A stretch of 59,482 nucleotides of DNA from a virus. Lineage: Duplodnaviria > Caudoviricetes. The notes under the pieces were generated by a model. That model was not told the origin of the DNA, did not search any database, and was given only the letters and a program-made list of their open reading frames with translations. The translations under genes and the position numbers were made by a program. Numbering within the stretch: position 1 is the stretch's first letter; every line of letters begins with the position of its first letter. The DNA is taken from IMG/VR virus record IMGVR_UViG_3300042549_002361, positions 1-59,482 of that record; one strand, given 5' to 3'. Positions 8,746 to 16,852 of this stretch are shown here, piece after piece.

Positions 8746-9748
8746 TTATATTCTAGTAGACAGTTTGAATATGTTTTTTCGTGCCAAGCACGTAGGTGGC
8801 GGCAAGGACATTGATATGCGTGTGGGCATGGCTATGCATATCATGTTTAACAGTGTACGCAAGGCATGGCGCGACTTTAACGGTGATCATGTTGTGTTCT
8901 GTCTTGAGGGTCGTAGCTGGCGCAAGGACTTTTATCCTCCATATAAGGCTAATCGTAAAGTAACAGCAGACAAGCGTAGTCCTAGAGAGATCGAAGACGA
9001 TGAGCTGTTCTTTGAAGCATATGATGAGATGGTTAAGTATTTTAACGATAAGACTAATGCTAGTGTTATTCGTTGTCCTAATGCTGAAGCAGATGACCTT
9101 ATTGCTACATGGATACAAACACACCCTGACGATAACCATATTATTGTTAGCACTGACAGCGACTTTTATCAATTACTGGCGCACAATGTTAAACAGTATA
9201 ACGGTACAACTGATCAGATTGTTAGCTTAGATGGCTTCTTTGATGCTAAAACTGGCAAGCAAGTTATAGATAAGAAAACAGGTAAGCCTAAGCAGATTGG
9301 CGATCCTGCATTTATTTTGTTTGAAAAATGTGTACGCGGTGACAGCACTGACAATGTGTTTAGTGCTTTCCCAGGTGCCAGGCTGCAAGGCAGTAAGAAC
9401 AAGACAGGTATTACAGAAGCGTTTGAAGACCGTAATCGCGGTGGCTATAACTATAACAACTTTATGCTACAGCGTTGGACTGATCACGAAGAAGTAGAAC
9501 ATCGTGTGCGCGACGACTTTGAACGTAATCGCATACTCATTGACCTTACTGCACAGCCAGATGATGTTAAGGATGCGTGTCGTGTTATTGTACGCGATGC
9601 AGTTAATAAACCACATGTGGGACAAGTAGGTATTCACTTTATGAAGTTTTGTTCTAAGTGGAATATGCAGCGTCTAAGTGATAATGCGGGTGACTTTGCT
9701 GAAATCCTCGGCAGAGGCATTACTGAAAGTAAAATGGTTGCTGCTTAA
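8738..9748 (+). CDS. rnh: T4-type RNase H / 5'-3' flap exonuclease
   Basis: ILVD, SWRK..YPPYKANR, EADDLIA, STDSDFYQL, RGDSTDNV (FEN-family acidic motifs). Confidence 0.9.
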   Translation: MANYILVDSLNMFFRAKHVGGGKDIDMRVGMAMHIMFNSVRKAWRDFNGDHVVFCLEGRSWRKDFYPPYKANRKVTADKRSPREIEDDELFFEAYDEMVKYFNDKTNASVIRCPNAEADDLIATWIQTHPDDNHIIVSTDSDFYQLLAHNVKQYNGTTDQIVSLDGFFDAKTGKQVIDKKTGKPKQIGDPAFILFEKCVRGDSTDNVFSAFPGARLQGSKNKTGITEAFEDRNRGGYNYNNFMLQRWTDHEEVEHRVRDDFERNRILIDLTAQPDDVKDACRVIVRDAVNKPHVGQVGIHFMKFCSKWNMQRLSDNAGDFAEILGRGITESKMVAA

Positions 9749-9769
9749 CTTCGATGCTAAACTTAACGA

Positions 9770-10015
9770 ATGGATTATATCGTGTCTAAGCACATGATTG
9801 AGTGGACGGAAACTGAAAAGGCTTTTTGGATTTTAGAAAATGGTGAACCTAGATTTGCTTGGATTTTTGAACGTAATGGTGATATTGTTTACAAAAGACC
9901 AATGGCAGAACCAGGAACAAACCTTCCGCCGTGGGTTAGCACAGACCGAGAAGAAGTAACTGACAAAATTGTTGGTAGAGAAGTTAACATGATTATATTG
10001 GATGATTTGAAATGA
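9770..10015 (+). CDS. Hypothetical protein
   Basis: 81 aa ORF; WIFERNGDIVYKRP motif; start uncertain. Confidence 0.6.
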   Translation: MDYIVSKHMIEWTETEKAFWILENGEPRFAWIFERNGDIVYKRPMAEPGTNLPPWVSTDREEVTDKIVGREVNMIILDDLK

Positions 10016-10314
10016 ACACATTGACTAAAGAAGAAAAACAATTTGAGACAGAAGAGGGTCGTAAATGGCTACAAGACATGCTGCACACAGGTCCTGTTAC
10101 TGTAACCTTTACCAAGAAGGATGGCGAAACTCGTGTAATGACTTGTACATTGCAGGAATCGTCTATTCCAGAACAGCATCGACCAAAGCCTATTGCTGAA
10201 GGTCAAGAACAGCGTAAACGCAGTGATACTAATCTCAGTGTTTGGGATATTAATGCTGAAGGCTGGCGCAGCTTTATTTTAGCAAACGTAATAAAAGTAG
10301 AATTTTCACTATGA
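10012..10314 (+). CDS. WYL_2/Sm-like (SH3-fold) phage protein
   Basis: VTVTFTKKDGETRVMTCTL...VWDINAEGWRSF pattern. Confidence 0.75.
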   Translation: MNTLTKEEKQFETEEGRKWLQDMLHTGPVTVTFTKKDGETRVMTCTLQESSIPEQHRPKPIAEGQEQRKRSDTNLSVWDINAEGWRSFILANVIKVEFSL

Positions 10315-10343
10315 TAAATAATCACACACTTAAAGGATTACCA

Positions 10344-10862
10344 ATGACACACGAAAAAACAGTTCTACAACAAATCTCTGATGTTGCATGGCTTGTACAT
10401 CAAGGCCCTGCAAAGTTAGGAATCTTAAATAAAGATGTTCAAGAGCATTACACGTATATCACCGGTAAGGATTTAGTTAAGTTTAACGACCAATACGAAG
10501 TTGTTGAGCACTTTGGTAACTTAAATCTTTTTAACGAAGTAATCAACAGTCCCGCAAAAACATCAGAGCGAATTTTTATCAAAGGCTTTGAAGTTGACCA
10601 CAACAACCCCATTGTTATTGATTCTAGTCATCCTGACTATAGAGACGACTTACCTATCTATGCAAAAATTGAAGGTAAGGGTATCTACTATGCTGCTGGA
10701 TATTACTGCATCGACTTTGAAAAAGGTTGGAAGAAGTCTAGAGGTCCTAAACTAGCAACTCTGCTTAAGTATGGGTTTGAAGGGCCCTTTAAAACAGAAT
10801 TAGAAATGCGTCAGCGTCTTAAAATGCTTAATAAGCGGAAGCGCAAGAATGACGGAACGTGA
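10344..10862 (+). CDS. Conserved phage hypothetical protein
   Basis: YAAGYYCI..GW..P..TL..Y.F.GPFKT motif; preceded by GATAAATA and SD AAGGA. Confidence 0.7.
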   Translation: MTHEKTVLQQISDVAWLVHQGPAKLGILNKDVQEHYTYITGKDLVKFNDQYEVVEHFGNLNLFNEVINSPAKTSERIFIKGFEVDHNNPIVIDSSHPDYRDDLPIYAKIEGKGIYYAAGYYCIDFEKGWKKSRGPKLATLLKYGFEGPFKTELEMRQRLKMLNKRKRKNDGT

Positions 10863-11046
10863 AAAGCTAATTTTGCATTTGCAAAATCTTCTAAAATCTA
10901 ACACTAAAAGTGCTACGTTAGATGTAGAATATTTGTTAAAAATTTTAGGTGCGTTGCCGAAAACTGTTGAAGATAAATTAACTACTAAGCTAGATAATGT
11001 TGTTAATGTTGATGGCGGATCTTTCAATGACAGTCTTAACAGTTAG
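10849..11046 (+). CDS. Hypothetical protein
   Basis: 65 aa, ends in VDGGSF. Confidence 0.55.
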   Translation: MTEREKLILHLQNLLKSNTKSATLDVEYLLKILGALPKTVEDKLTTKLDNVVNVDGGSFNDSLNS

Positions 11047-11290
11047 CAGAACCGAAACTTCTGGGTATAATAAAATTTTTCGCAATCAATGGCGGACTAA
11101 TAGATATGCTCTGCCAGATTTATGGATTGCTCAGATAGACAAGGTGGTTACTGGGAATTGGGGCTGGCATTTTATACCCCATAAAAATATGGATTATCAG
11201 CGACCAAATTGGTATGAAGATCAAACATTGGTTATTACATTTGAAAATCAGCACGATCTAGTACAAGTTAAGTTATGCATTAAAAATTAA
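11027..11290 (+). CDS. Hypothetical protein
   Basis: Trp-rich ORF (GNWGWHF); start set to ATG 11027. Confidence 0.6.
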   Translation: MTVLTVSRTETSGYNKIFRNQWRTNRYALPDLWIAQIDKVVTGNWGWHFIPHKNMDYQRPNWYEDQTLVITFENQHDLVQVKLCIKN

Positions 11291-11313
11291 GTGGTGTTTT
11301 AATAACAAAAAAA

Positions 11314-11321
11314 GATAAATA
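11314..11321 (+). promoter_or_regulatory. T4-late-like promoter motif GATAAATA
   Basis: Intergenic, 23 nt before ATG 11345; the motif recurs before many genes. Confidence 0.55.
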
Positions 11322-11344
11322 CATGTGTATTAGGAGACATACAC

Positions 11345-11662
11345 ATGAGTAGACCAAAACCGGATGTGCTGCTTGAAGCAGTTAATAAACACACATATAA
11401 AGCAGAACAAGTGCTTGTAGCTGATGCTATTTACAGTGTTTTTTATCAAGGCAAGCCCATCAATCTTCGCATTATTCACACATTAGTTAATTATCCCGGA
11501 CCTAAATACAAAAAAGTTTCCTTTAGTAACTCAGGTCATGCTTTTAACTTAGCTGAACGTCTAAATAAAATATTTCGCACCGATGAGTTTGTTGTTGTTA
11601 GAATGACTCAGGGCAACGTAGTTACGGAGCAGGAAATAGCTAACCAAGAATCTACAAATTAA
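11345..11662 (+). CDS. Conserved phage hypothetical protein
   Basis: MSRPKP...YPGPKYKKVSFSNSGHAFNLAERLN; strong SD TAGGAG. Confidence 0.75.
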   Translation: MSRPKPDVLLEAVNKHTYKAEQVLVADAIYSVFYQGKPINLRIIHTLVNYPGPKYKKVSFSNSGHAFNLAERLNKIFRTDEFVVVRMTQGNVVTEQEIANQESTN

Positions 11663-11673
11663 TAAATATTTGT

Positions 11674-12069
11674 ATGACTGGTGTAGATAGTTTCCATAAC
11701 CAAATTCTAAATAAAATTGAGCGTGATGTGTTAGGCTCTCTCCAATCTAACACCGAAGATAAACGATCTTTCAGCAGAGACGATATACTTCGCGCAGTTT
11801 TTGTAAATTATCGTTCAGAACATGGTACTTCGAAAGGATTGCGGTTAACTAATTTTGGGAACAAAATCCTAGCTAAACACTATCAAGCATACAAGTATAA
11901 TATTACGGATAAAATTAATAATTTAGTGCTTGTAAGTCTTGACAAATCAATGAAATGGCCTTATTATTTAGGTACTAGAAGTAATCATGTGGTGTTCTAT
12001 AGCGAAGAGGATGCAGCGTGGTTCAGATTGAACGGAAACAACATTAAGCATTATGTGGAAAGCATTTAG
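11674..12069 (+). CDS. Conserved phage hypothetical protein
   Basis: GLRLT..G...LDKSMKWPYY motif. Confidence 0.7.
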   Translation: MTGVDSFHNQILNKIERDVLGSLQSNTEDKRSFSRDDILRAVFVNYRSEHGTSKGLRLTNFGNKILAKHYQAYKYNITDKINNLVLVSLDKSMKWPYYLGTRSNHVVFYSEEDAAWFRLNGNNIKHYVESI

Positions 12070-12077
12070 AGAATTTT

Positions 12078-12587
12078 ATGGATACGCTAGTATTAAACAA
12101 GGACGCACAACCAATCAGTATTCTTCCGTTGAGTGCTATTGGATGGCAGGAAGCTATTAAGTATATGTGGCTTGATCGAGTGCATGTACTCGAGTGGTAT
12201 GATGATTGGATTGTTCGTAGTCCAAGTTGGGAAACTCGTGTGCCTGCTGTTATGATGGTCAAGGACTACGTTAAAAACAAGAAGTACCCACGTTTTAGCA
12301 AGTACAATGTTACTTTACGTGACCGCTTCACATGCCAATATTGCGAAACTGATGTTAGCACGAACACAGTAACTATGGATCACGTGTTGCCTATTAGTAA
12401 GGGCGGTAAGACAACGTGGGAGAATATTGTTGCGGCTTGCGGGCCTTGCAACAGTAAAAAAGGCAATGACTTATATATGAAACCAATTCGTGAACCATAT
12501 CGTCCGAGTTATTACGAATTAGCAAATATTCGTAAGACACTGCCGTTTGATTTGAAGCACCCAAGCTGGGGAGATTATCTGCTATGA
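12078..12587 (+). CDS. HNH endonuclease (McrA-like)
   Basis: LRDRFTCQYC, TMDHVLPISKGG, WENIVAACGPCNSKK. Confidence 0.92.
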   Translation: MDTLVLNKDAQPISILPLSAIGWQEAIKYMWLDRVHVLEWYDDWIVRSPSWETRVPAVMMVKDYVKNKKYPRFSKYNVTLRDRFTCQYCETDVSTNTVTMDHVLPISKGGKTTWENIVAACGPCNSKKGNDLYMKPIREPYRPSYYELANIRKTLPFDLKHPSWGDYLL

Positions 12588-12976
12588 GTAATGATAATAT
12601 TGTAGAATTTCCTACTAAGGAAAGAAAGCATGATGTTATGCGTGAGAGAACTAGTAAAATTAATGGCTTTACTAGTCCGTTCACTAATACCGATTACAAA
12701 ATTAATAGTTATATAGTTGATGGGGTAGAATGGAAAACATGGATACCACCGAGTTTTGACAGCATAGACAACGATACTATTAGTTTTGAAAACATCAATT
12801 GGTCATTTAACCTAACCAACTCTAACCAAACACTTCTTGCAGATGTTATGGACCTCTGTAATACTATTCAAAAGCAGTGCATTGGTCTTAGCGTTGAGAA
12901 CGACTCAACTCAATTAAATATGGTTTTGGATAAGTTACGTGAAGCACTAGTTCTTTCCAAAATTTCTTCAAAATAA
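12584..12976 (+). CDS. Hypothetical protein
   Basis: 130 aa, ATGA-coupled to the HNH gene. Confidence 0.6.
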   Translation: MSNDNIVEFPTKERKHDVMRERTSKINGFTSPFTNTDYKINSYIVDGVEWKTWIPPSFDSIDNDTISFENINWSFNLTNSNQTLLADVMDLCNTIQKQCIGLSVENDSTQLNMVLDKLREALVLSKISSK

Positions 12977-12989
12977 TTTAAAAAAACTC

Positions 12990-13017
12990 TTGACATATCC
13001 CTGTAATAGTGTATAAT
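12990..13017 (+). promoter_or_regulatory. sigma70 promoter
   Basis: TTGACA 12990-12995, 16 bp, TATAAT 13012-13017; A-tract upstream. Confidence 0.8.
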
Positions 13018-13072
13018 GTGTTTATGTTGCAGGCAAGCGGTTTGTAACATAACTTTAAAAGAGGTGACATAT

Positions 13073-13339
13073 ATGTCAAATACTGTAACTAAAGAGACTC
13101 GCGTTCTCGAAGCACTTCGTGCTAACGAGCGTGGCCTTACTGCTGCTCAGATCGAAACTCGATTTGGTGTAGGTAATGCTCGCTCAACCGTATCAGCACT
13201 TCGTATGAAGGGTTATGCAATCTATGCTAACCAGAATACTGATACAAAGGGTCGTACAAAGACTTTCTATCGTCTAGGTACACCAAGCCGCGCAGTTGTT
13301 GCTGCCGGTTATCGTGCGCTCGCACAGGGTCTAGTCTAA
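13073..13339 (+). CDS. Winged helix-turn-helix DNA-binding protein
   Basis: RVLEALR...LTAAQIETRFGVGNARSTVSALRMKGY...YRLG; start at ATG 13073 after SD GAGGTG. Confidence 0.75.
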   Translation: MSNTVTKETRVLEALRANERGLTAAQIETRFGVGNARSTVSALRMKGYAIYANQNTDTKGRTKTFYRLGTPSRAVVAAGYRALAQGLV

Positions 13340-13379
13340 GACTAGCTAAACCTTAGTTCTCCTAATAACAAAAGGTTTG

Positions 13380-13408
13380 AAAAGGCACAGCAATGTGCCT
13401 TTTCTTTT
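13380..13408 (+). terminator. Rho-independent terminator
   Basis: AAAAGGCACA-GCAA-TGTGCCTTTT followed by CTTTT. Confidence 0.85.
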
Positions 13409-13440
13409 GAGTGCATTTGTTGTATCTAGTAAATACTGTT

Positions 13441-14280
13441 ATGAAAAGACTATTTACTTTTGGATGCAGCTTAACCTACTATAGTTGGCCAACCTGGGCC
13501 GATTTAATTAGTCCTGCGTTTGATGATTATTATAATTTTGGTGTTGTGGGTATGGGTAATCAGTTTATACATCATACTGTATACGAAGCAGATAGTATTT
13601 TTAATTTCAACGAAAACGACACCGTAATCGTTATGTTTACTAATCCTTTTCGACACGATTCTTTTATTATAGATCCGCAAGACACTCAGTTACGTTGGCA
13701 ACCAAGAGGTTTCATATTCCAGCCCAATAACTCAAACTTATATGACGACCAATGGAGACAGAATTTTTGGTCAGCTGAACATAGCTATATGAATATGTGG
13801 CTTAATATGAAATCAATTAAAGAATTGCTCACTGCTAGGTCAGTAAATTTTAAATTTTTACAAGGAATAAGTTGTCAAAATATTGAACAAACTGGACCTG
13901 TTGATGTTAGTAATTCAGCTTTTATTAGCCCGTACTATAATCAAATTTTAGATATGTTTCATGTTAAAGAGTCATTTTTGGAATGGGCTAATTTAACCTT
14001 TGATGAGAGTGAGTTTTACGCATTTGCTGATACTGGTATAGATCAGCATCCTACCATTAAAATGCACGGTTCATATGCACTAAAACATCTGCATGAATTT
14101 TGCAACGAAAACACGCTAAAATACATTGATCTTCTACATAACAGTATTGATCTTTCCAGTCAAGAAGCAAATTGGCAAAATAACGAGTTTTCACGTATTA
14201 GAGGCAAAAAAGTGGGTTCTGTGCGTAACTGGCAGTATATGGTAACAAATAGTGTGGGTATTGAGACTTTTAACAATTAA
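13441..14280 (+). CDS. SGNH/GDSL-like hydrolase or acyltransferase-like protein
   Basis: FGCS block I, G.GN block II, C-terminal DQHP. Confidence 0.6.
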   Translation: MKRLFTFGCSLTYYSWPTWADLISPAFDDYYNFGVVGMGNQFIHHTVYEADSIFNFNENDTVIVMFTNPFRHDSFIIDPQDTQLRWQPRGFIFQPNNSNLYDDQWRQNFWSAEHSYMNMWLNMKSIKELLTARSVNFKFLQGISCQNIEQTGPVDVSNSAFISPYYNQILDMFHVKESFLEWANLTFDESEFYAFADTGIDQHPTIKMHGSYALKHLHEFCNENTLKYIDLLHNSIDLSSQEANWQNNEFSRIRGKKVGSVRNWQYMVTNSVGIETFNN

Positions 14281-14355
14281 TAAGCGACCAAGAAAAACAA
14301 TTAAAAGAAACTTACCGCGATAAACAATATAAACAACTTATAAAGTAGGTATTTA

Positions 14356-15054
14356 ATGAACGCACAAGGCTGGTTCCCCACATTGATCTGTGATTTTGAA
14401 AGTCAGGCACACGAACAGTTTAAAACAAGTTTTTATAATAACTTAGAAAAGTATGTACACCCTGATGGTATTGATGGTGAACATGCTGATTTAAGTTTTC
14501 ATCATAATACAGAATTTAACTTCTTATTCACTGAAATTTCAGATTTTGCTAAACAGTATCTTACTGCATTAAATCTAGATCCTAATGATTGGGATTTACA
14601 TTTAGTTAAATGCTGGTGGCATAGTTTACAGAAAAATCATATACCCATGCATAATCACAGCGATGCACATTTATCGTTTGTTTATTATGTTAATGTTCCA
14701 CCGGAAACAGGAATGTTACACTTTCAGGCTGATACACAGAGTTTCGCTAATGACCTTACCAGAGGCATGTTCTTAGACGATTACGATGACAACTTTCCGT
14801 TTAAAGAGCATAATATATTTAATGCAATGTCTGTGAGTTACGAAGCAAAGGAAGGCAAGGTCATTGTTTTCCCTTCTAGGTTAGATCATATGACAACTGT
14901 ATTTGACGGGAATGATGATATTACCGCAGACGTTGACGTGATAAAAAAGCGTAGAATTAGCATATCAGGTGATTTTCTTATCACGTATAAAAAGCCTAAA
15001 CATGTAGCAATGGGATTGCAACCTGTGAAGAATTGGCGAATTTTCGGCCAATAA
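14356..15054 (+). CDS. Putative 2OG-Fe(II) oxygenase (TIGR02466-like)
   Basis: HNHSDAHLSFVYY, EGKVIVFPSRLDH, RISIS. Confidence 0.85.
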   Translation: MNAQGWFPTLICDFESQAHEQFKTSFYNNLEKYVHPDGIDGEHADLSFHHNTEFNFLFTEISDFAKQYLTALNLDPNDWDLHLVKCWWHSLQKNHIPMHNHSDAHLSFVYYVNVPPETGMLHFQADTQSFANDLTRGMFLDDYDDNFPFKEHNIFNAMSVSYEAKEGKVIVFPSRLDHMTTVFDGNDDITADVDVIKKRRISISGDFLITYKKPKHVAMGLQPVKNWRIFGQ

Positions 15055-15080
15055 ACTTGATTTTTTTCTAAATTATTTGC

Positions 15081-15094
15081 TAAGTCGTTGATTT
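15081..15094 (-). promoter_or_regulatory. IHF-consensus binding site
   Basis: Reverse complement AAATCAACGACTTA matches WATCAAnnnnTTR. Confidence 0.6.
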
Positions 15095-15111
15095 ATAACA
15101 AATGTTTATGG

Positions 15112-15140
15112 TTGACTTTATACCTACTTTATCATATACT
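15112..15140 (+). promoter_or_regulatory. sigma70 promoter
   Basis: TTGACT, 17 bp, TATACT. Confidence 0.75.
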
Positions 15141-15172
15141 CATATATGTAGTTAGGAAAAAGTAACGCATTT

Positions 15173-15481
15173 ATGTCAGCTAAACAAATTCTTACCGCTA
15201 TTATCTACGATAAGCGCGGCAAAGTTATGTCAGTTGGACAAAACAGTTATGTTAAGACCCATCCGCTACAGGCTATGTATGCTGCTAAGGCTGGTATGCC
15301 AGATAGGCAGTTTCTACACGCAGAGATCCATGCTATTGTAAAATGTAAGGACCTCACTAGGGCCCATAAAATTTTCGTTTCCCGTTGGGATCGTAAGGGT
15401 CAACCTGCTCTTGCTAAACCTTGTCCGGTTTGCATAAGCGCCATTGAAGCCGCAGGCATCGAAATTATTGAACATACCTAA
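15173..15481 (+). CDS. Zn-dependent cytidine/dCMP deaminase-family protein
   Basis: HAE...PCPVC motifs. Confidence 0.85.
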   Translation: MSAKQILTAIIYDKRGKVMSVGQNSYVKTHPLQAMYAAKAGMPDRQFLHAEIHAIVKCKDLTRAHKIFVSRWDRKGQPALAKPCPVCISAIEAAGIEIIEHT

Positions 15482-15490
15482 AAAAAGTGG

Positions 15491-15518
15491 TTGACAATAA
15501 TGTATATGATGCTATTAT
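15491..15518 (+). promoter_or_regulatory. sigma70 promoter
   Basis: TTGACA 15491-15496, 16 bp, extended -10 TGC-TATTAT. Confidence 0.7.
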
Positions 15519-15553
15519 TAATATGTAGGTAACAAAGACTAGGAGTGAATACA

Positions 15554-16660
15554 ATGGATACACTAACTGTAAAATCGAGTCAGGTTAAAAACATTGCACT
15601 TCGTGCAATGAAGGCTAACCGTCCGCTGTTTATTTGGGGTCCTCCCGGTATCGGTAAGAGCGAACTTGTTGAAAGTATTACTTATAGCGGCTCGCTAGGT
15701 AATGCTGTTATGCTAGACCTACGTCTAGCACTTATGGAACCCACCGACTTGCGTGGTTATCCCTTCCGCAATCCGGAAACTAATCAAATGGAATGGGCTC
15801 CTCCGGCAGACCTTCCTACCGCAGAGTTTGCGGCACAGTATGATACTGTAGTGTTGTTCCTAGACGAGCTTAATAGTGCTCCGCCCAGTGTTCAGGCTGC
15901 TGCATATCAGCTTGTACTTAACCGTCGAATTGGTCAGTATGTTCTTCCTAAGAATGTACGTATTGTTGCTGCTGGTAACCGCGAAACTGACCGCGGTGTT
16001 ACGTTCCGGATGCCAGCGCCGTTGGCTAACCGCTTCCGTCACATTAACATGGCAGTAGACTTTGGTGACTGGCAGCGTTGGGCTATTAATAACGAAGTCC
16101 ATCCTGACGTACTAGGTTACCTTTCATACGCCAAGCAGGACTTGTTTGATTTTGATCCTAAAACGTCAAGTCAAGCCTTTGCTACTCCGCGTTCGTGGAA
16201 CTACGTTAGTGAGATCCTTGCTACTCCTGGTTTTGAAGATGCAGAGATCTTTGAGCAGAAAGCAGAGATTGCTGGTGCAGTTGGCGAGGGTATGGCAGGC
16301 AAGTTTGTTGAACACCGTCGTATTGCTAGCCACCTTCCTAAGCCAGAAGACATTCTCGCTGGCAAGGTTAAGAAGCTAGACAATAAGTTGAGTCAAGAAA
16401 TTTCCGCTAAGTACAGTCTTGTTGTTGGTATGACCTACGAGATCAACCAGCTCTACAAGGAGAGTGGTACTGGTGGAGACTTTAAGAAGTGCTTCAACAA
16501 TGCTGTGTCATTTGCCTATGATAACTTTGAACCTGAAATGGTAGTGTTGTTCTTCAAGACTATCATGACAGATTACGGAATTAAGTTCAATATCCGCACT
16601 GATTTGGATAAAGAACTTTACAAAATCTTCTCTGAGCGTTATACCAAGTATATCGCTTAA
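15554..16660 (+). CDS. MoxR-like AAA+ ATPase
   Basis: Walker A GPPGIGKS, Walker B LFLDE, AAGNR, PLANRF, TPRSW. Confidence 0.92.
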   Translation: MDTLTVKSSQVKNIALRAMKANRPLFIWGPPGIGKSELVESITYSGSLGNAVMLDLRLALMEPTDLRGYPFRNPETNQMEWAPPADLPTAEFAAQYDTVVLFLDELNSAPPSVQAAAYQLVLNRRIGQYVLPKNVRIVAAGNRETDRGVTFRMPAPLANRFRHINMAVDFGDWQRWAINNEVHPDVLGYLSYAKQDLFDFDPKTSSQAFATPRSWNYVSEILATPGFEDAEIFEQKAEIAGAVGEGMAGKFVEHRRIASHLPKPEDILAGKVKKLDNKLSQEISAKYSLVVGMTYEINQLYKESGTGGDFKKCFNNAVSFAYDNFEPEMVVLFFKTIMTDYGIKFNIRTDLDKELYKIFSERYTKYIA

Positions 16661-16720
16661 GAGAGGATAGGATTGAGCTATCCTACCTTGTTACTCCCTA
16701 CCTACGCTCAATCCGCAACA

Positions 16721-16751
16721 GAACCCCCCGGAAACGGGGGGTTCACCTTTT
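16721..16751 (+). terminator. Rho-independent terminator
   Basis: GAACCCCCCG-GAAA-CGGGGGGTTC followed by ACCTTTT. Confidence 0.8.
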
Positions 16752-16752
16752 G

Positions 16753-16766
16753 TAAGTTGTTGATTT
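16753..16766 (-). promoter_or_regulatory. IHF-consensus binding site
   Basis: Reverse complement AAATCAACAACTTA matches WATCAAnnnnTTR. Confidence 0.6.
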
Positions 16767-16794
16767 GCAAGGGAAAGATAGGTGCTTTTTTTAG

Positions 16795-16822
16795 TTGACA
16801 AACACCTAGATTCATGTATAAT
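16795..16822 (+). promoter_or_regulatory. sigma70 promoter
   Basis: TTGACA 16795-16800, 16 bp, TATAAT 16817-16822. Confidence 0.8.
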
Positions 16823-16852
16823 GTAAGTATAGTAAGAAGGATGGAGTAACTT

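Noticed and set aside
12078-12587. Intron-encoded or mobile homing endonuclease
   Set aside because: Free-standing, no interrupted gene around it, and it resembles the cellular McrA-like HNH family
16683-16694. rRNA fragment or primer contamination (1492R-like CTACCTTGTTAC)
   Set aside because: Only 12 nt match, embedded in a coherent phage intergenic structure with no further rRNA similarity
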